From Clostridia bacterium (GTDB taxonomy: Bacteria > Bacillota > Clostridia > UMGS1883 > UMGS1540), in NCBI GenBank assembly GCA_045590155.1, contig JAZNQL010000005.1, positions 1-63,016 of the forward strand: a DNA stretch of 63,016 nt, given 5' to 3'. The notes beneath the pieces were generated by a model. It was not told the origin of the DNA and ran no database searches. It saw nothing but the letters and a program-made list of their open reading frames with translations. Below, one piece after another: positions 9,389-18,693 of this stretch. Position 1 is the first letter of the stretch. Each line of letters starts with the position of its first letter. Both the position numbers and the translations under genes were made by a program.

Positions 9389-10444
9389 ATGTATAAGGAA
9401 AGAATAAATTCAATACTTTCTTTGGCAGATACAAGTGTTCTTATATGCTCGGCACAAAATCTGTTTTACTTTTCGGGCTTTACAGGCGGGGAAGGATATA
9501 TGCTTTTAACCCCTTACATTGCCTATCTTTTTGTTGACGGAAGGTATACCCTTCAGGCAAACGAACAGGCTCGCGATTTCAAAGTTATAACCTTTGACAA
9601 AAAACCGCTTTCGTTTATCTTAGAAAAAATAAAACAGCATAATATCACAAGCCTTGCATTTGAAGATTCTTTTGTAACCTTTTCTTTTATGAACTCTTTA
9701 AAAGAAGCTTTGCCTTGCGAATTTGTTCCTCTTAAAAACAAGGTTTCGGTTTTAAGACGAAAAAAGAACAGCTTTGAAATTGCAAAAATAAAAGAGGCGG
9801 TACGACTTGCCGACGAAGCTTATAATCATATAACAAATTGCATAAAGCCGGGAATGAGCGAGCGCTCGGTTGCTGCAATTTTAGAGTATTTTATGCGTAA
9901 AAACGGTGCAGAAAAAACTTCTTTTGATACAATTTGTGCATCAGGAGTAAGAAGTGCACTCCCTCACGGTGCAGCAAGCGATAAAATAATCGAAAAGGGA
10001 GATTTTGTTACTCTTGACTTTGGTTGTGTTTTAGACGGCTACTGTTCGGATATGACAAGAACCCTGTGTATGGGCCGTGCTTCATCCCGCCAGAAAGATA
10101 TTTACCACATTGTTTTATATGCCCTCTGCCGTGCAGAGGACGAGGCTGTCTGCGGAATGAAAACAAGAGATTTAGATGCCGTTGCCCGCAATATTATAAC
10201 AAACTTCGGCCACGGCGAGCATTTTACACATTCTCTCGGGCACGGAGTGGGAATTGATATTCACGAAGCACCAACCCTTTCTCCCCGTTCGGAGGATGTG
10301 CTTGAAAACGGCTCTGTTATAACAATCGAGCCTGGCATTTATATCGAAGATTTTGGCGGTGTACGCATAGAAGATATGCTTTATGTAGACGATAAAAAAG
10401 GAGTAATTATGACTTCTTCGCCCAAAGAACTTACAGAACTTTAA
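9389..10444 (+). CDS. Xaa-Pro aminopeptidase/dipeptidase (M24B family)
   Basis: 351 aa. It has a creatinase-like N-domain plus M24 metal-ligand motifs (DFGCVLDGYCSDMTRT, HSLGHGVGIDIHE, EPGIY, RIED). Its position directly upstream of efp is conserved, as with B. subtilis yqhT-efp. Confidence 0.85.
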   Translation: MYKERINSILSLADTSVLICSAQNLFYFSGFTGGEGYMLLTPYIAYLFVDGRYTLQANEQARDFKVITFDKKPLSFILEKIKQHNITSLAFEDSFVTFSFMNSLKEALPCEFVPLKNKVSVLRRKKNSFEIAKIKEAVRLADEAYNHITNCIKPGMSERSVAAILEYFMRKNGAEKTSFDTICASGVRSALPHGAASDKIIEKGDFVTLDFGCVLDGYCSDMTRTLCMGRASSRQKDIYHIVLYALCRAEDEAVCGMKTRDLDAVARNIITNFGHGEHFTHSLGHGVGIDIHEAPTLSPRSEDVLENGSVITIEPGIYIEDFGGVRIEDMLYVDDKKGVIMTSSPKELTEL

Positions 10445-10452
10445 AAAAAGAC

Positions 10453-10481
10453 TTGAAAAATGTAAAAAAATATTGTAGAAT
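10453..10481 (+). promoter_or_regulatory. Candidate promoter for efp: TTGAAA-17 nt-TAGAAT
   Basis: TTGAAA at 10453-10458, a 17-nt spacer, TAGAAT at 10476-10481. Confidence 0.45.
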
Positions 10482-10525
10482 ATACTATATACTTCTTAAT
10501 ATACTAAAAATTGGAGGAATTTATT

Positions 10526-11083
10526 ATGATAACTGCCGGCGATTTTCGTAACGGTATAACATTTGAGTTTGAAGGTAACGTGTACCAGGTTGTTGAATTT
10601 CAGCATGTAAAACCCGGTAAAGGTGCCGCTTTTGTTAGAACAAAGCTTAAGAATGTTATAAACGGTGGCGTTGTAGAAAAAACTTTCCGCCCCACCGATA
10701 AATTTGAAAAGGCACATATTGACAGAAAAGATATGGAATATCTTTATTCCGACGGTGACCTTTTCTACTTTATGGACCAGGAAACATACGAACAGAATCC
10801 CTTAAGCTCCGAACAGCTCGGTGATGCTTTAAAGTTTGTAAAGGAAAATATGCTTGTTAAAATCCTTTCATACAAGGGCTCTGTTTTCGGTGTTGAACCC
10901 CCAAACTTTGTAGAACTTGCAGTAACAGAAACCGAACCCGGCTTCAAAGGCGATACTGCAACAGGTGCACAGAAGCCTGCTACACTTGAAACAGGCGCGC
11001 AGATTTACGTTCCCCTCTTTATCAACGAAGGCGACGTAATAAGAGTAGATACCCGCACAGGCGAATATATGGAACGTGCATAA
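10526..11083 (+). CDS. efp: Translation elongation factor P
   Basis: The ORF track starts at a TTG at 10511. I prefer the ATG at 10526, which lies 8 nt after GGAGG. The sequence [43 protein letters not shown] is typical EF-P and contains the conserved KPGKG lysine loop. Confidence 0.95.
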   Translation: MITAGDFRNGITFEFEGNVYQVVEFQHVKPGKGAAFVRTKLKNVINGGVVEKTFRPTDKFEKAHIDRKDMEYLYSDGDLFYFMDQETYEQNPLSSEQLGDALKFVKENMLVKILSYKGSVFGVEPPNFVELAVTETEPGFKGDTATGAQKPATLETGAQIYVPLFINEGDVIRVDTRTGEYMERA

Positions 11084-11109
11084 AATTATTTTAACGGAGG
11101 TTTTTTAAA

Positions 11110-11526
11110 ATGGATCTTAACGAAAAGGTTTCATATCTCAAAGGTTTATGCGAAGGACTCGGCATCGACGAATCCAAGCCCGAAGGCAAGCTTTTAGTAA
11201 AGATTGTCGACGTTTTGGAAGAAATCGCTGACGAAATCCTTGATACAAATGATTATATTGATGAAGTAAGCGCTGTTGTTGACGAAATCGACGAAGATTT
11301 GTCATACGTTGAAGAATATCTGTTCGACGATGAAGATGATGAATGTGACTGTTGCGACGATTTTGATTGCGCTGAAATTGAATGCCCCTCTTGCGGCGAA
11401 GTAATTTATCTTGATTGCGATATGCTTTGCGACGAAGAAGATACTTTAACCTGCCCCGCTTGCGGAGAAGAAATCGACCTTGAATTTGATTGCTGCGACT
11501 GTTGCGATTGCGACGATTGCGAATAA
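11110..11526 (+). CDS. Highly acidic, Cys-rich zinc-ribbon protein (CD1247-N-terminal-domain-like, function unknown)
   Basis: 138 aa. The N-terminal helical part is very rich in Asp and Glu. It contains CPSCGEVIYLDCD..CPACGEEIDLE (two CxxC pairs) and the tail CCDCCDCDDCE. The name comes from my recollection of the NCBI annotation for the gene downstream of efp in Clostridia. Confidence 0.7.
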   Translation: MDLNEKVSYLKGLCEGLGIDESKPEGKLLVKIVDVLEEIADEILDTNDYIDEVSAVVDEIDEDLSYVEEYLFDDEDDECDCCDDFDCAEIECPSCGEVIYLDCDMLCDEEDTLTCPACGEEIDLEFDCCDCCDCDDCE

Positions 11527-11542
11527 TTTTAAGGAAATTTTA

Positions 11543-11573
11543 AAGGCAACCCTTTCAAAGGGTTGCCTTTTTG
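11543..11573 (+). terminator. Intrinsic terminator after the efp / Cys-rich gene pair
   Basis: GGCAACCC-7 nt-GGGTTGCC (11545-11567) followed by TTTTT. Confidence 0.8.
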
Positions 11574-11609
11574 TTAACCTCTTTTTTGAAAGGAATTTAT
11601 TTCTCTCCC

Positions 11610-11638
11610 TTGCTTTAATACGATTTTTATAGTATAAT
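11610..11638 (+). promoter_or_regulatory. Candidate promoter for the SLH protein gene: TTGCTT-17 nt-TATAAT
   Basis: TTGCTT at 11610-11615, a 17-nt spacer, TATAAT at 11633-11638. Confidence 0.5.
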
Positions 11639-11750
11639 TGATGTATACAGAATTTTATTCTATAAAATTCCTAAAGCCTTTCGGCTTTTTGCGGTCTTTG
11701 ACCGCCGCATCAATTGTGCAAATATACACTTTTAAAAAGGAGAGTTTAAA

Positions 11751-13028
11751 ATGAAAATTTTTCGTAAGCTTTTTGCTGTTATAATTTCTTTTGTGCTGGC
11801 ATTTTCGTCGGTATCTGCTTTTGCTGCAAACGGCGATTTATACATTATGGGAGACCCCGTGTTTATCGACGGTGTAAGGCAACCAACCTCTTTAGGGTTG
11901 TTTGTGTCGTTTTCTGCTGACAAGGTAAATCTTTCAAATACATCTCTTTCGTCTTATCTTAATATTATTGAGGCAACAGGCGATTTTACCCTTACCTTAA
12001 ACGGCAATAACACTTTAACAAGCAGAGCCCCCTATGCTTTAAAGGTTGTAGGCTCGCTTACAATATCGGGTGATGGGGACCTTACGGCAAAAGCAAAAAA
12101 AGCGGCTATTTATGTTGAGGGCGATGTTACAATCTCGGGTGGCGGTACCCTTGCCTTAACAGGTACAGATGCTGAATCATACGGAATTTACGCAACCGGC
12201 GAAATTACTGTAACCGACAGCGAGGTTATAGCTTCAGGCTCCAAAGAAAACATCGTTTCAAATGGAGGGCCTTTGTCTGATCTCCCTCAAAAGGAAGACG
12301 AGAATAAAGACCCCGAAATCCCCGAAAATAACGGCACAGAAAACGAAGGCACAGAAAATGAAGGCTCGGAAAATGAAGGCACAGAAAATGAAAATACTGA
12401 AAACAATGAAACAAACGAAGAAACTTCAAGCGAGGAAAAGCCCTCTAAACCTTCAGGCAAGCCTTCAATAGGCGGCACACCAGGCAAGCTTCCCCCTGTT
12501 TCAGAAGAAAATAAAGATAACCAATCGCAAATCCCGGCAAAGTCCGAATTTTCCGACGTTTTGGTAAATGACTGGTTCTGCGTATATGTAAATACTCTTG
12601 TTTCGGAAGGTGTTGTAAACGGCTACCCCGACAAAACCTTTAAACCCCAAGGCAAAGTTACTTATGGCGAAGCATTAAAGCTTGTTGCACGCGCGGCAGG
12701 TCTTTCCGAGCAGACACCTACCTCCGAGCACTGGGCAAGCGGATATCTTGCTTTGGCTTCATCAGCAGGAGTTTTACCCGCCGACCAAAACCTTGACGAG
12801 TCCATAACAAGAAAGGTTATAGCTTTGCTTTCAAAAACATTTTTGAATCTTCCTGCTCCAAAAAATCCATCTCCCTTTGCAGATATTGACGATGCTGCAA
12901 TTACCTCTCTTTACGAGGCAGGCATTGTGGAAGGAAGCTTTGCAGATAACGGCGACAGAGTTTATCTTCCCGATTCTTATATAACAAGAGCAGAAATCTC
13001 GGCTATTGTTTACAGAATGTTAAAGTAA
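11751..13028 (+). CDS. Secreted SLH-domain cell-wall-anchored protein with a repetitive acidic linker
   Basis: 425 aa. It begins with a signal peptide (MKIFRKLFAVIISFVLAFSSVSAFA) and a beta-helix-like repeat region (TISGDGDL / TISGGGTL). A GTENE/PSKPSGKPS linker follows. The C-terminal SLH motifs are FSDVLVNDWF..NGYPDKTFKP, HWASGYL and FADIDD..TRAEISAIVYRM. Confidence 0.85.
   Translation: MKIFRKLFAVIISFVLAFSSVSAFAANGDLYIMGDPVFIDGVRQPTSLGLFVSFSADKVNLSNTSLSSYLNIIEATGDFTLTLNGNNTLTSRAPYALKVVGSLTISGDGDLTAKAKKAAIYVEGDVTISGGGTLALTGTDAESYGIYATGEITVTDSEVIASGSKENIVSNGGPLSDLPQKEDENKDPEIPENNGTENEGTENEGSENEGTENENTENNETNEETSSEEKPSKPSGKPSIGGTPGKLPPVSEENKDNQSQIPAKSEFSDVLVNDWFCVYVNTLVSEGVVNGYPDKTFKPQGKVTYGEALKLVARAAGLSEQTPTSEHWASGYLALASSAGVLPADQNLDESITRKVIALLSKTFLNLPAPKNPSPFADIDDAAITSLYEAGIVEGSFADNGDRVYLPDSYITRAEISAIVYRMLK
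12333..12422 (+). repeat. In-frame 15-nt tandem repeat (about 4 good and 2 degenerate copies) encoding (G-T/S-E-N-E)n
   Basis: GGCACAGAAAACGAA, GGCACAGAAAATGAA, GGCTCGGAAAATGAA and GGCACAGAAAATGAA occupy 12333-12392. Two decayed copies extend the repeat to 12422. Confidence 0.85.
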
Positions 13029-13042
13029 ATATTTTATAACAG

Positions 13043-13070
13043 AAAAAGACCTCTGAAAAGAGGTCTTTTT
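13043..13070. terminator. Bidirectional intrinsic terminator
   Basis: AAAAAGACCTCT-GAAA-AGAGGTCTTTTT, with A and T runs on both sides. It lies between the convergent genes ending at 13028 (+) and 13105 (-). Confidence 0.8.
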
Positions 13071-13104
13071 CTGTGAATTTTGGAGGTACTTTTTACGTTT
13101 TCGG

Positions 13105-13335
13105 TTATCTTTTCTGTATGATATCAAACAGTATCCCCCCTATAAAGCCTGCGGAAAATACGTTTACACCTACACCAAAAATCCCTCGTGACATAAAAAT
13201 TATATCCAGGCTTTTTTCGGGATTTCTTAAAATAACCGCCGCAACAAGCATAAGGAGATTTGCAAGAAAAGAGCAAATGATTATTATATATTTCTGTATT
13301 CCCTCGATTTTATCAAGTGCCGTTAATATTCTCAT
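13105..13335 (-). CDS. Small two-TM membrane protein, function unknown
   Basis: The ORF track gives 13105..13365. I prefer the ATG at 13335, preceded by AAAGGAG. The product is 76 aa with two hydrophobic segments (YIIIICSFLANLLMLVAAVIL and GIFGVGVNVFSAGFIGGILF). Confidence 0.5.
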   Translation of the reverse strand: MRILTALDKIEGIQKYIIIICSFLANLLMLVAAVILRNPEKSLDIIFMSRGIFGVGVNVFSAGFIGGILFDIIQKR

Positions 13336-13381
13336 GTTTTCTGCTCCTTTCAAGACTAATGGCAAATAATTTATATATTTT

Positions 13382-13420
13382 AAAGCCCATAAACAATTAT
13401 AGCAACTGTTTATGGGCTTT
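13382..13420 (-). terminator. 14-bp hairpin downstream of apbE (weak U-tract)
   Basis: AAAGCCCATAAACA (13382-13395) pairs with TGTTTATGGGCTTT (13407-13420). The minus-strand tail is only TTTAAAAT. Confidence 0.45.
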
Positions 13421-13453
13421 TCAATGCAAAATATTTTCTATAAAAAACGTAAT

Positions 13454-14374
13454 TTAGTTAAAGTTCTTTGTTTTGGTTACGGTGTAATTTTTATCTATAA
13501 AAACTGCCTGTATATTATTTTTTTCGGCAAACTCCAAAGCTTTATCTCCCATTAAAAGAAGAGCTGTTGAAAAAACATCCGCCTCCATCGATGAAGGACT
13601 TATTACAGTTGCCGAATATAAATTGTTGTCTGCCGGTCTACCCGTTTTTGGATTTATTATATGGTTATACTCTTTTCCGTCATCTTCAAAATATCTTTCG
13701 TATATTCCGCTTGTTACAACAGAAGTATCTAAAACCTCTAAAACGCATATACTCTCGCCCTCGCTTTTTGGCTTTTGTATTCCCACCTTAAATTTTTCTT
13801 TGCCCTTTGAGCCTACCGCATACACATTACCGCCAAGATTGATTATACCGTTTTGATTATGCTTTTTTAAAAGCTCTGCCATTTTGTCGGCAATGTACCC
13901 TTTTGCAATTCCGCCAAGGTCAATTTTTGTACCCTCTTTTAAAATAACCTCTCCGTTTAAAAGAGTTACCTTATCGCTCCCCAAAGTTTCTCTGGCTTTT
14001 TGTATCTCTTCTTCTTTTGGAACACTGTTCTTCCATATCTGTGACAGAGCCCCAACAGTTATATCAAAAAAACCCTCTGTTATTTCGTTATAGTAAAGAC
14101 CTTTTTCTATAAGATAATAAGTTTCGGGCGAAACCTTGTGCCTTCCCTCTTTATTCAAAATATAAACATCACTGCCCTCGCGGGTTTTGCTTAACATGTT
14201 TTCGTACTTTACAGCAAGCCTTTCGCACTCGTCCAAAAGCTCATTATTTTCCGAAAACAAAGTAATGTTTACATAAGTATCAAAGGAAAAAAACTCTGCC
14301 TCGTATTTTTTTTGAGGCTTACTGCATCCCGAAATTAAAAATAAAACTAAAAATACACATAAAAATTTTTTCAT
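13454..14374 (-). CDS. apbE: FAD:protein FMN transferase (ApbE family) lipoprotein
   Basis: 306 aa. It has a lipobox (LISGC) after the signal sequence and the ApbE motifs DLGGIAKGY, VVTSGIYERYF and HIINPKTG. Confidence 0.88.
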   Translation of the reverse strand: MKKFLCVFLVLFLISGCSKPQKKYEAEFFSFDTYVNITLFSENNELLDECERLAVKYENMLSKTREGSDVYILNKEGRHKVSPETYYLIEKGLYYNEITEGFFDITVGALSQIWKNSVPKEEEIQKARETLGSDKVTLLNGEVILKEGTKIDLGGIAKGYIADKMAELLKKHNQNGIINLGGNVYAVGSKGKEKFKVGIQKPKSEGESICVLEVLDTSVVTSGIYERYFEDDGKEYNHIINPKTGRPADNNLYSATVISPSSMEADVFSTALLLMGDKALEFAEKNNIQAVFIDKNYTVTKTKNFN

Positions 14375-14473
14375 TCTATCACCGATTTCATTTTACTATA
14401 TTTTATTTGTTTTGGCAATGTTTTACTGGGTTTTTTCAGAAAGTTTTTTCTAAAAATAATAAAGGTGATTTTT

Positions 14474-15547
14474 ATGGATTTTATTCTCTCGGTTTCACAG
14501 ATTGTATGTTCTTTATGTATAATAATTTATTTTTTTAAAAATTCACACGCACAAGGCGAAAATATAGATTATATAGACAAAAATGCCGAAAAGGAATATC
14601 AGAAAATGCGCGAGCTTCGCTCTTTGCACCTTACACGCCCTTTGTCCGAAAAGGCAAGACCTAAAAGCTTTTCCGAAATATGCGGTCAGGACGAGCCCCT
14701 TCTTGCCCTGCGTGCGGCAATTTGTTCTCCAAATCCCCAACATGTGCTTTTATACGGCCCTCCCGGGGTAGGTAAAACCTGTGCGGCAAGAGCCGCTTTT
14801 TTGGAAGCAGTAAGTTCTCCTCTTTCTCCATTTAACAAGGATTCTTCTTTTGTGGAAACCGATGCTTCCGCCCTTTATTTTGACGAAAGAGGTGTTGCCG
14901 ACCCTCTTTTAGGCTCTGTGCACGACCCTATTTTTCAGGGAGGAGGTGCATTCGGTCAGTGCGGAATTCCAAAACCCTTGCCAGGTGCCGTTACAAAAGC
15001 TCACGGCGGAATTTTGTTTATCGACGAAATAGGAGAAATGCACCCTTATCAGTTAAACCGTCTTTTAAAGGTTTTAGAGGACAGGTGTGTTCACTTTGAA
15101 AGCTCGTATTATAACCCTGCAAATACTAATATCCCAAAATACATTCACGACATTTTCGAAAAAGGCCTGCCTGCCGACTTTCGTCTTATAGGCGCAACAA
15201 CAAGACTTCCCGAACAAATACCTCTTGCCGTTCGCTCACGCTGCTGCGAAATATTTTTTAATCCCTTAAACGAAATAAACCTTTATGAAATTGCCGCAAA
15301 CGCCGTTTCAAAGGGCGGTTTTTCTGCCGATACAGAAACTCTTGCTCTGGCTGTTGCATTTTCGTCAAACGGGCGTGAAGTTATAAATATTGTTCAGCTT
15401 GCAGAAAACTACGCTCTTTTTGAGGGCAGAAACAAAGTTTTGCCCTCGGATATACGCCTGGTTGCAAAGGCGGGAAGATATAAATTAAGGCATTCTGCCA
15501 AATTTCCTCTTGAAAAAAAGGACAATAACAACTATAATAATATTTGA
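14474..15547 (+). CDS. LonB-like membrane-anchored AAA+ ATPase lacking the Lon (S16) protease domain
   Basis: The ORF track starts at a GTG at 14465. The ATG at 14474 lies 6 nt after AAAGGTG. The protein has an N-terminal TM segment, Walker A (GPPGVGKT), Walker B (ILFIDEIGE) and a sensor region (RSRC). It ends 11 nt before lon. Its position upstream of lon-engB mirrors B. subtilis lonB-lonA-ysxC. Confidence 0.72.
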   Translation: MDFILSVSQIVCSLCIIIYFFKNSHAQGENIDYIDKNAEKEYQKMRELRSLHLTRPLSEKARPKSFSEICGQDEPLLALRAAICSPNPQHVLLYGPPGVGKTCAARAAFLEAVSSPLSPFNKDSSFVETDASALYFDERGVADPLLGSVHDPIFQGGGAFGQCGIPKPLPGAVTKAHGGILFIDEIGEMHPYQLNRLLKVLEDRCVHFESSYYNPANTNIPKYIHDIFEKGLPADFRLIGATTRLPEQIPLAVRSRCCEIFFNPLNEINLYEIAANAVSKGGFSADTETLALAVAFSSNGREVINIVQLAENYALFEGRNKVLPSDIRLVAKAGRYKLRHSAKFPLEKKDNNNYNNI

Positions 15548-15558
15548 GGTGATAATCT

Positions 15559-17952
15559 TTGGTTAAGAAAAAACAAACTCTTCCTCTAATCCCTGTAAGG
15601 GGACTCGTGGTTTTTCCATATATGATTTTGCATTTTGACGTTGCACGTAAAAAATCCATTGCGGCTCTTGAGGCAGCAATGGCAAATCATCAGTATGTAT
15701 TTTTAACGGCTCAAAAGGATATAAACGTGGAAAATCCAGGGGTTGAAGATTTTTATTCTGTGGGCACAGTGGCAAAAGTAAAACAGCTTTTAAAGCTTCC
15801 TCAAAATACTGTCCGTGTTTTGGTGGAAGGGCTTTACCGTGCAAAAATTACAGAAATTGAATCTGAATCTCCCTATTTTTCTGCCCACACCGAAGAAATA
15901 AGGCAGACAAGAAGGGGAATAAACCCTCTTGATGAAGAAGCGGCTCTTCGTATGATAAACGATATGTTTGATGATTTGTTTAACTTAAATCCCAAGCTTT
16001 CGCCCGATGCATTGAGTGCTCTTTCGGGGATAGACGATTCGGCACGCTTTGCAGATACAGTTGCTGCAAACTTTATCTCAAAAACAGAAGATAAGCAGAT
16101 TATTTTAGAAGACCTTAATGTTTTAACACGTCTTACACATCTTGCCGCAATAATAGCAAAAGAAATAGAGCTTTTAAAAACTGAAAGCGATATACTGCGC
16201 CGTGTTAAAAGCCAGATAGACGAAAATCAGCGTGAATATTATTTAAGAGAGCAGATAAAAGCAATCTCGCGCGAGCTTGATGGGGACGATTCTGACGAAG
16301 CAGAACATTATGCAGAAAGAATAGCAAAATCTTCTCTGCCCGAAGAGGCAAAGAAAAAAGCCGAAAAAGAGCTTGCAAGATTCCGCAAAATGTCGGCTCA
16401 CGCCCCTGAATCTTCAATAGTCCGCACATACCTTGACTATTTGCTCGAAATGCCTTACGGTGTTTATACCGACGAAAATTCCAATATAAAAAATGCCGAA
16501 AAAATTTTAAATTCGGCTCACTACGGTCTTAAAAAGGTTAAAGAAAGAATTTTAGAATATCTTTCGGTTAAAATTCTTTCGGGACATCTTGGCGGACAGA
16601 TTTTATGTCTTTCAGGACCTCCGGGGGTGGGTAAAACCTCTATTGCAAAGTCTATTGCCGAAGCTTTAGGCAGAAACTATGCAAGAATATCTTTGGGAGG
16701 TGTGCGTGACGAGGCCGAAATAAGAGGTCACCGCAAAACCTATATCGGCGCAATGCCCGGTAAAATTATGACGGCAGTAAGCCGTGCCGGCTCGCAAAAC
16801 GCTCTTATTCTTTTAGACGAAATAGATAAGCTTGGCAGTGATTATAAGGGCGATCCTTCAAGTGCTCTTTTAGAGGTCTTGGATTCGGAGCAAAACTTCG
16901 CTTTCCGTGACCATTTTCTTGATGTTCCTTTTGATTTGTCGGACGTTATGTTTATAACAACCTCAAACAATTCGGAAAATATACCTCCCGCATTGCTTGA
17001 CCGTATGGAAATTATTGAGCTTCCTGGTTATACCTCGGAAGAAAAGCTTAATATAGCATCCCGCCATTTAATACCGAAAAATCTTGAACGGCACGGTCTT
17101 ACTTCAGAACAGCTTGTTATACGAAAGGCTGCAGTTTCGGCAATTATTGAATATTACACCCGCGAAGCAGGGGTAAGAACTTTAGAGAGAGAAATTGCAT
17201 CTGTTTGCCGAAAGGCGGCAAAAATGCTTTTGCAGGGAGAAAAGAAAATTACAGTTACCCCTCAAAATCTTGACAGATTTTTGGGTGTTAAAAAATATTT
17301 CAGCGAAAAGCTTTCATACACGCAGGAAATAGGTATTGTGAGAGGTCTTGCCTGGACAAGTGTTGGAGGAGATACTTTAAGCGTTGAAGTAAATGTTATG
17401 GAAGGAAGCGGAAAGCTTGAGCTTACAGGTAAGCTTGGAGATGTTATGAAGGAATCGGCTCAAGCGGCAGTAAGCTTTATACGCTCACGAGCAGAGGCTT
17501 TGGGAATAGAAAAAGATTTTTATAAAACCTGCGATATTCATCTTCATGTTCCTGAAGGGGCCGTTCCAAAAGACGGACCGTCAGCAGGTATAACCATTGC
17601 AACTGCAATGATTTCGGCTCTTTGCAAAAATCCTGTAAGAGGAGATATTGCCATGACGGGCGAAATAACCTTGCGTGGCAGAGTTCTGCCCATCGGCGGA
17701 CTTACCGAAAAGGTTCTTGCTGCTTACCGCTATGGTATAAAAACCGTTATTTTCCCCGAAGAAAATAAAAAGGATTTGCAGGATATTCCCGATAATATAA
17801 AAGAAAAATTACACTTTGTTCCCGTTTCGGATATGGATGAGGTTTTGGAGGCAGTTTTTAAAAAAACAAGCAACCTTAAATCTGCCGATGTTTTATCGGG
17901 AGCGCACATTACAACAAAATCTTGCGAATCAATAAACACCATACCTCAATAA
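15559..17952 (+). CDS. lon: ATP-dependent protease Lon (LonA)
   Basis: 797 aa with a TTG start after GAGGTGA. It has a LON N-domain, an AAA+ domain (GPPGVGKTS) and the S16 catalytic motif [10 protein letters not shown]. Confidence 0.95.
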   Translation: MVKKKQTLPLIPVRGLVVFPYMILHFDVARKKSIAALEAAMANHQYVFLTAQKDINVENPGVEDFYSVGTVAKVKQLLKLPQNTVRVLVEGLYRAKITEIESESPYFSAHTEEIRQTRRGINPLDEEAALRMINDMFDDLFNLNPKLSPDALSALSGIDDSARFADTVAANFISKTEDKQIILEDLNVLTRLTHLAAIIAKEIELLKTESDILRRVKSQIDENQREYYLREQIKAISRELDGDDSDEAEHYAERIAKSSLPEEAKKKAEKELARFRKMSAHAPESSIVRTYLDYLLEMPYGVYTDENSNIKNAEKILNSAHYGLKKVKERILEYLSVKILSGHLGGQILCLSGPPGVGKTSIAKSIAEALGRNYARISLGGVRDEAEIRGHRKTYIGAMPGKIMTAVSRAGSQNALILLDEIDKLGSDYKGDPSSALLEVLDSEQNFAFRDHFLDVPFDLSDVMFITTSNNSENIPPALLDRMEIIELPGYTSEEKLNIASRHLIPKNLERHGLTSEQLVIRKAAVSAIIEYYTREAGVRTLEREIASVCRKAAKMLLQGEKKITVTPQNLDRFLGVKKYFSEKLSYTQEIGIVRGLAWTSVGGDTLSVEVNVMEGSGKLELTGKLGDVMKESAQAAVSFIRSRAEALGIEKDFYKTCDIHLHVPEGAVPKDGPSAGITIATAMISALCKNPVRGDIAMTGEITLRGRVLPIGGLTEKVLAAYRYGIKTVIFPEENKKDLQDIPDNIKEKLHFVPVSDMDEVLEAVFKKTSNLKSADVLSGAHITTKSCESINTIPQ

Positions 17953-17959
17953 TTTTTAT

Positions 17960-17986
17960 GGGGAACGATGAAAAACACCGTTCCCC
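17960..17986 (+). terminator. Hairpin after lon (member of the GGAACG hairpin family; weak terminator)
   Basis: GGGGAACG-11 nt-CGTTCCCC, followed by TGTATACTTTT. Confidence 0.45.
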
Positions 17987-18016
17987 TGTATACTTTTAAA
18001 CAAAAAGGATGATTTT

Positions 18017-18637
18017 ATGAATATTCATAATGCCTCACTTACAATATCGGCGGTAAGACCCGTACAATACCCCGCAAAAAATATCCCCGAAATAGCACTT
18101 GCAGGGCGTTCAAATGTTGGAAAGTCGTCGTTTGTAAACAGACTTTTAAACAGAACAAAGCTTGCCCGCACAAGCTCGCATCCGGGTAAAACCGCCACAT
18201 TGAATTTTTATAACATAGACGAAACCTTCTTTTTTGTTGACCTTCCGGGTTATGGATATGCTGAAGTTTCGAAGGTTGAAAGAGAAAAATGGGCGGATAT
18301 GATAAATACATATCTTGAAACACGTCCCCAGCTTTGTGCAGTTTTTCTTTTGTGTGATGCCCGACATAAGCCTACCCGCGATGATGTAGCTATGTACCAA
18401 TGGATTAAAGACCGTTTCGGTTTTGCAGTAGTAATTGCAACAAAATGCGACAAAATTGCAAAAACCAAGCTTGATTCAAACATAGCTTTAGTGCACGAAA
18501 CGCTGGGACTTGACAGAGACGATATTCTTGTTCCGTTCTCATCGGAAAAAGGGCTTGGAAGAGAAGAGGCATGGGAAATTATTGAGGACTTGATTTTCTT
18601 TGCAAATGAAGAAGATGAGGAAGAAGAGGAAGAATAA
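18017..18637 (+). CDS. engB: Ribosome-biogenesis GTPase EngB/YsxC (YihA) with an acidic tail
   Basis: 206 aa. It has G1 (GRSNVGKSS), DLPGYGY and TKCDK motifs, ends with a poly-Glu C-terminus, and follows lon as in Bacillus. Confidence 0.9.
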   Translation: MNIHNASLTISAVRPVQYPAKNIPEIALAGRSNVGKSSFVNRLLNRTKLARTSSHPGKTATLNFYNIDETFFFVDLPGYGYAEVSKVEREKWADMINTYLETRPQLCAVFLLCDARHKPTRDDVAMYQWIKDRFGFAVVIATKCDKIAKTKLDSNIALVHETLGLDRDDILVPFSSEKGLGREEAWEIIEDLIFFANEEDEEEEEE

Positions 18638-18663
18638 TTTATTAAAAAATAATACTTTTGTAG

Positions 18664-18693
18664 GGAACGGCCTTGGGTGCCGTTTCTTTTATT
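18664..18693 (+). terminator. Intrinsic terminator of engB (GGAACGG hairpin family member)
   Basis: GGAACGGC-7 nt-GCCGTTTC followed by TTTTATT. The U-tract overlaps the stop codon of the convergent SLOG gene. Confidence 0.7.

Noticed and set aside
12226-12487. Three overlapping 66-69-aa ORFs on both strands, and a possible CRISPR-like periodicity, in the 15-nt repeat region
   Set aside because: The repeat is in frame within a well-supported SLH protein gene. The units are contiguous with no spacers and are far shorter than CRISPR repeats. The extra ORFs are repeat-induced artefacts.
13073-13369. 98-aa plus-strand ORF overlapping the small minus-strand membrane-protein ORF
   Set aside because: It starts with GTG just after the terminator tail at 13043-13070 and has no RBS. 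The opposite-strand ORF has AAAGGAG and clear TM segments.
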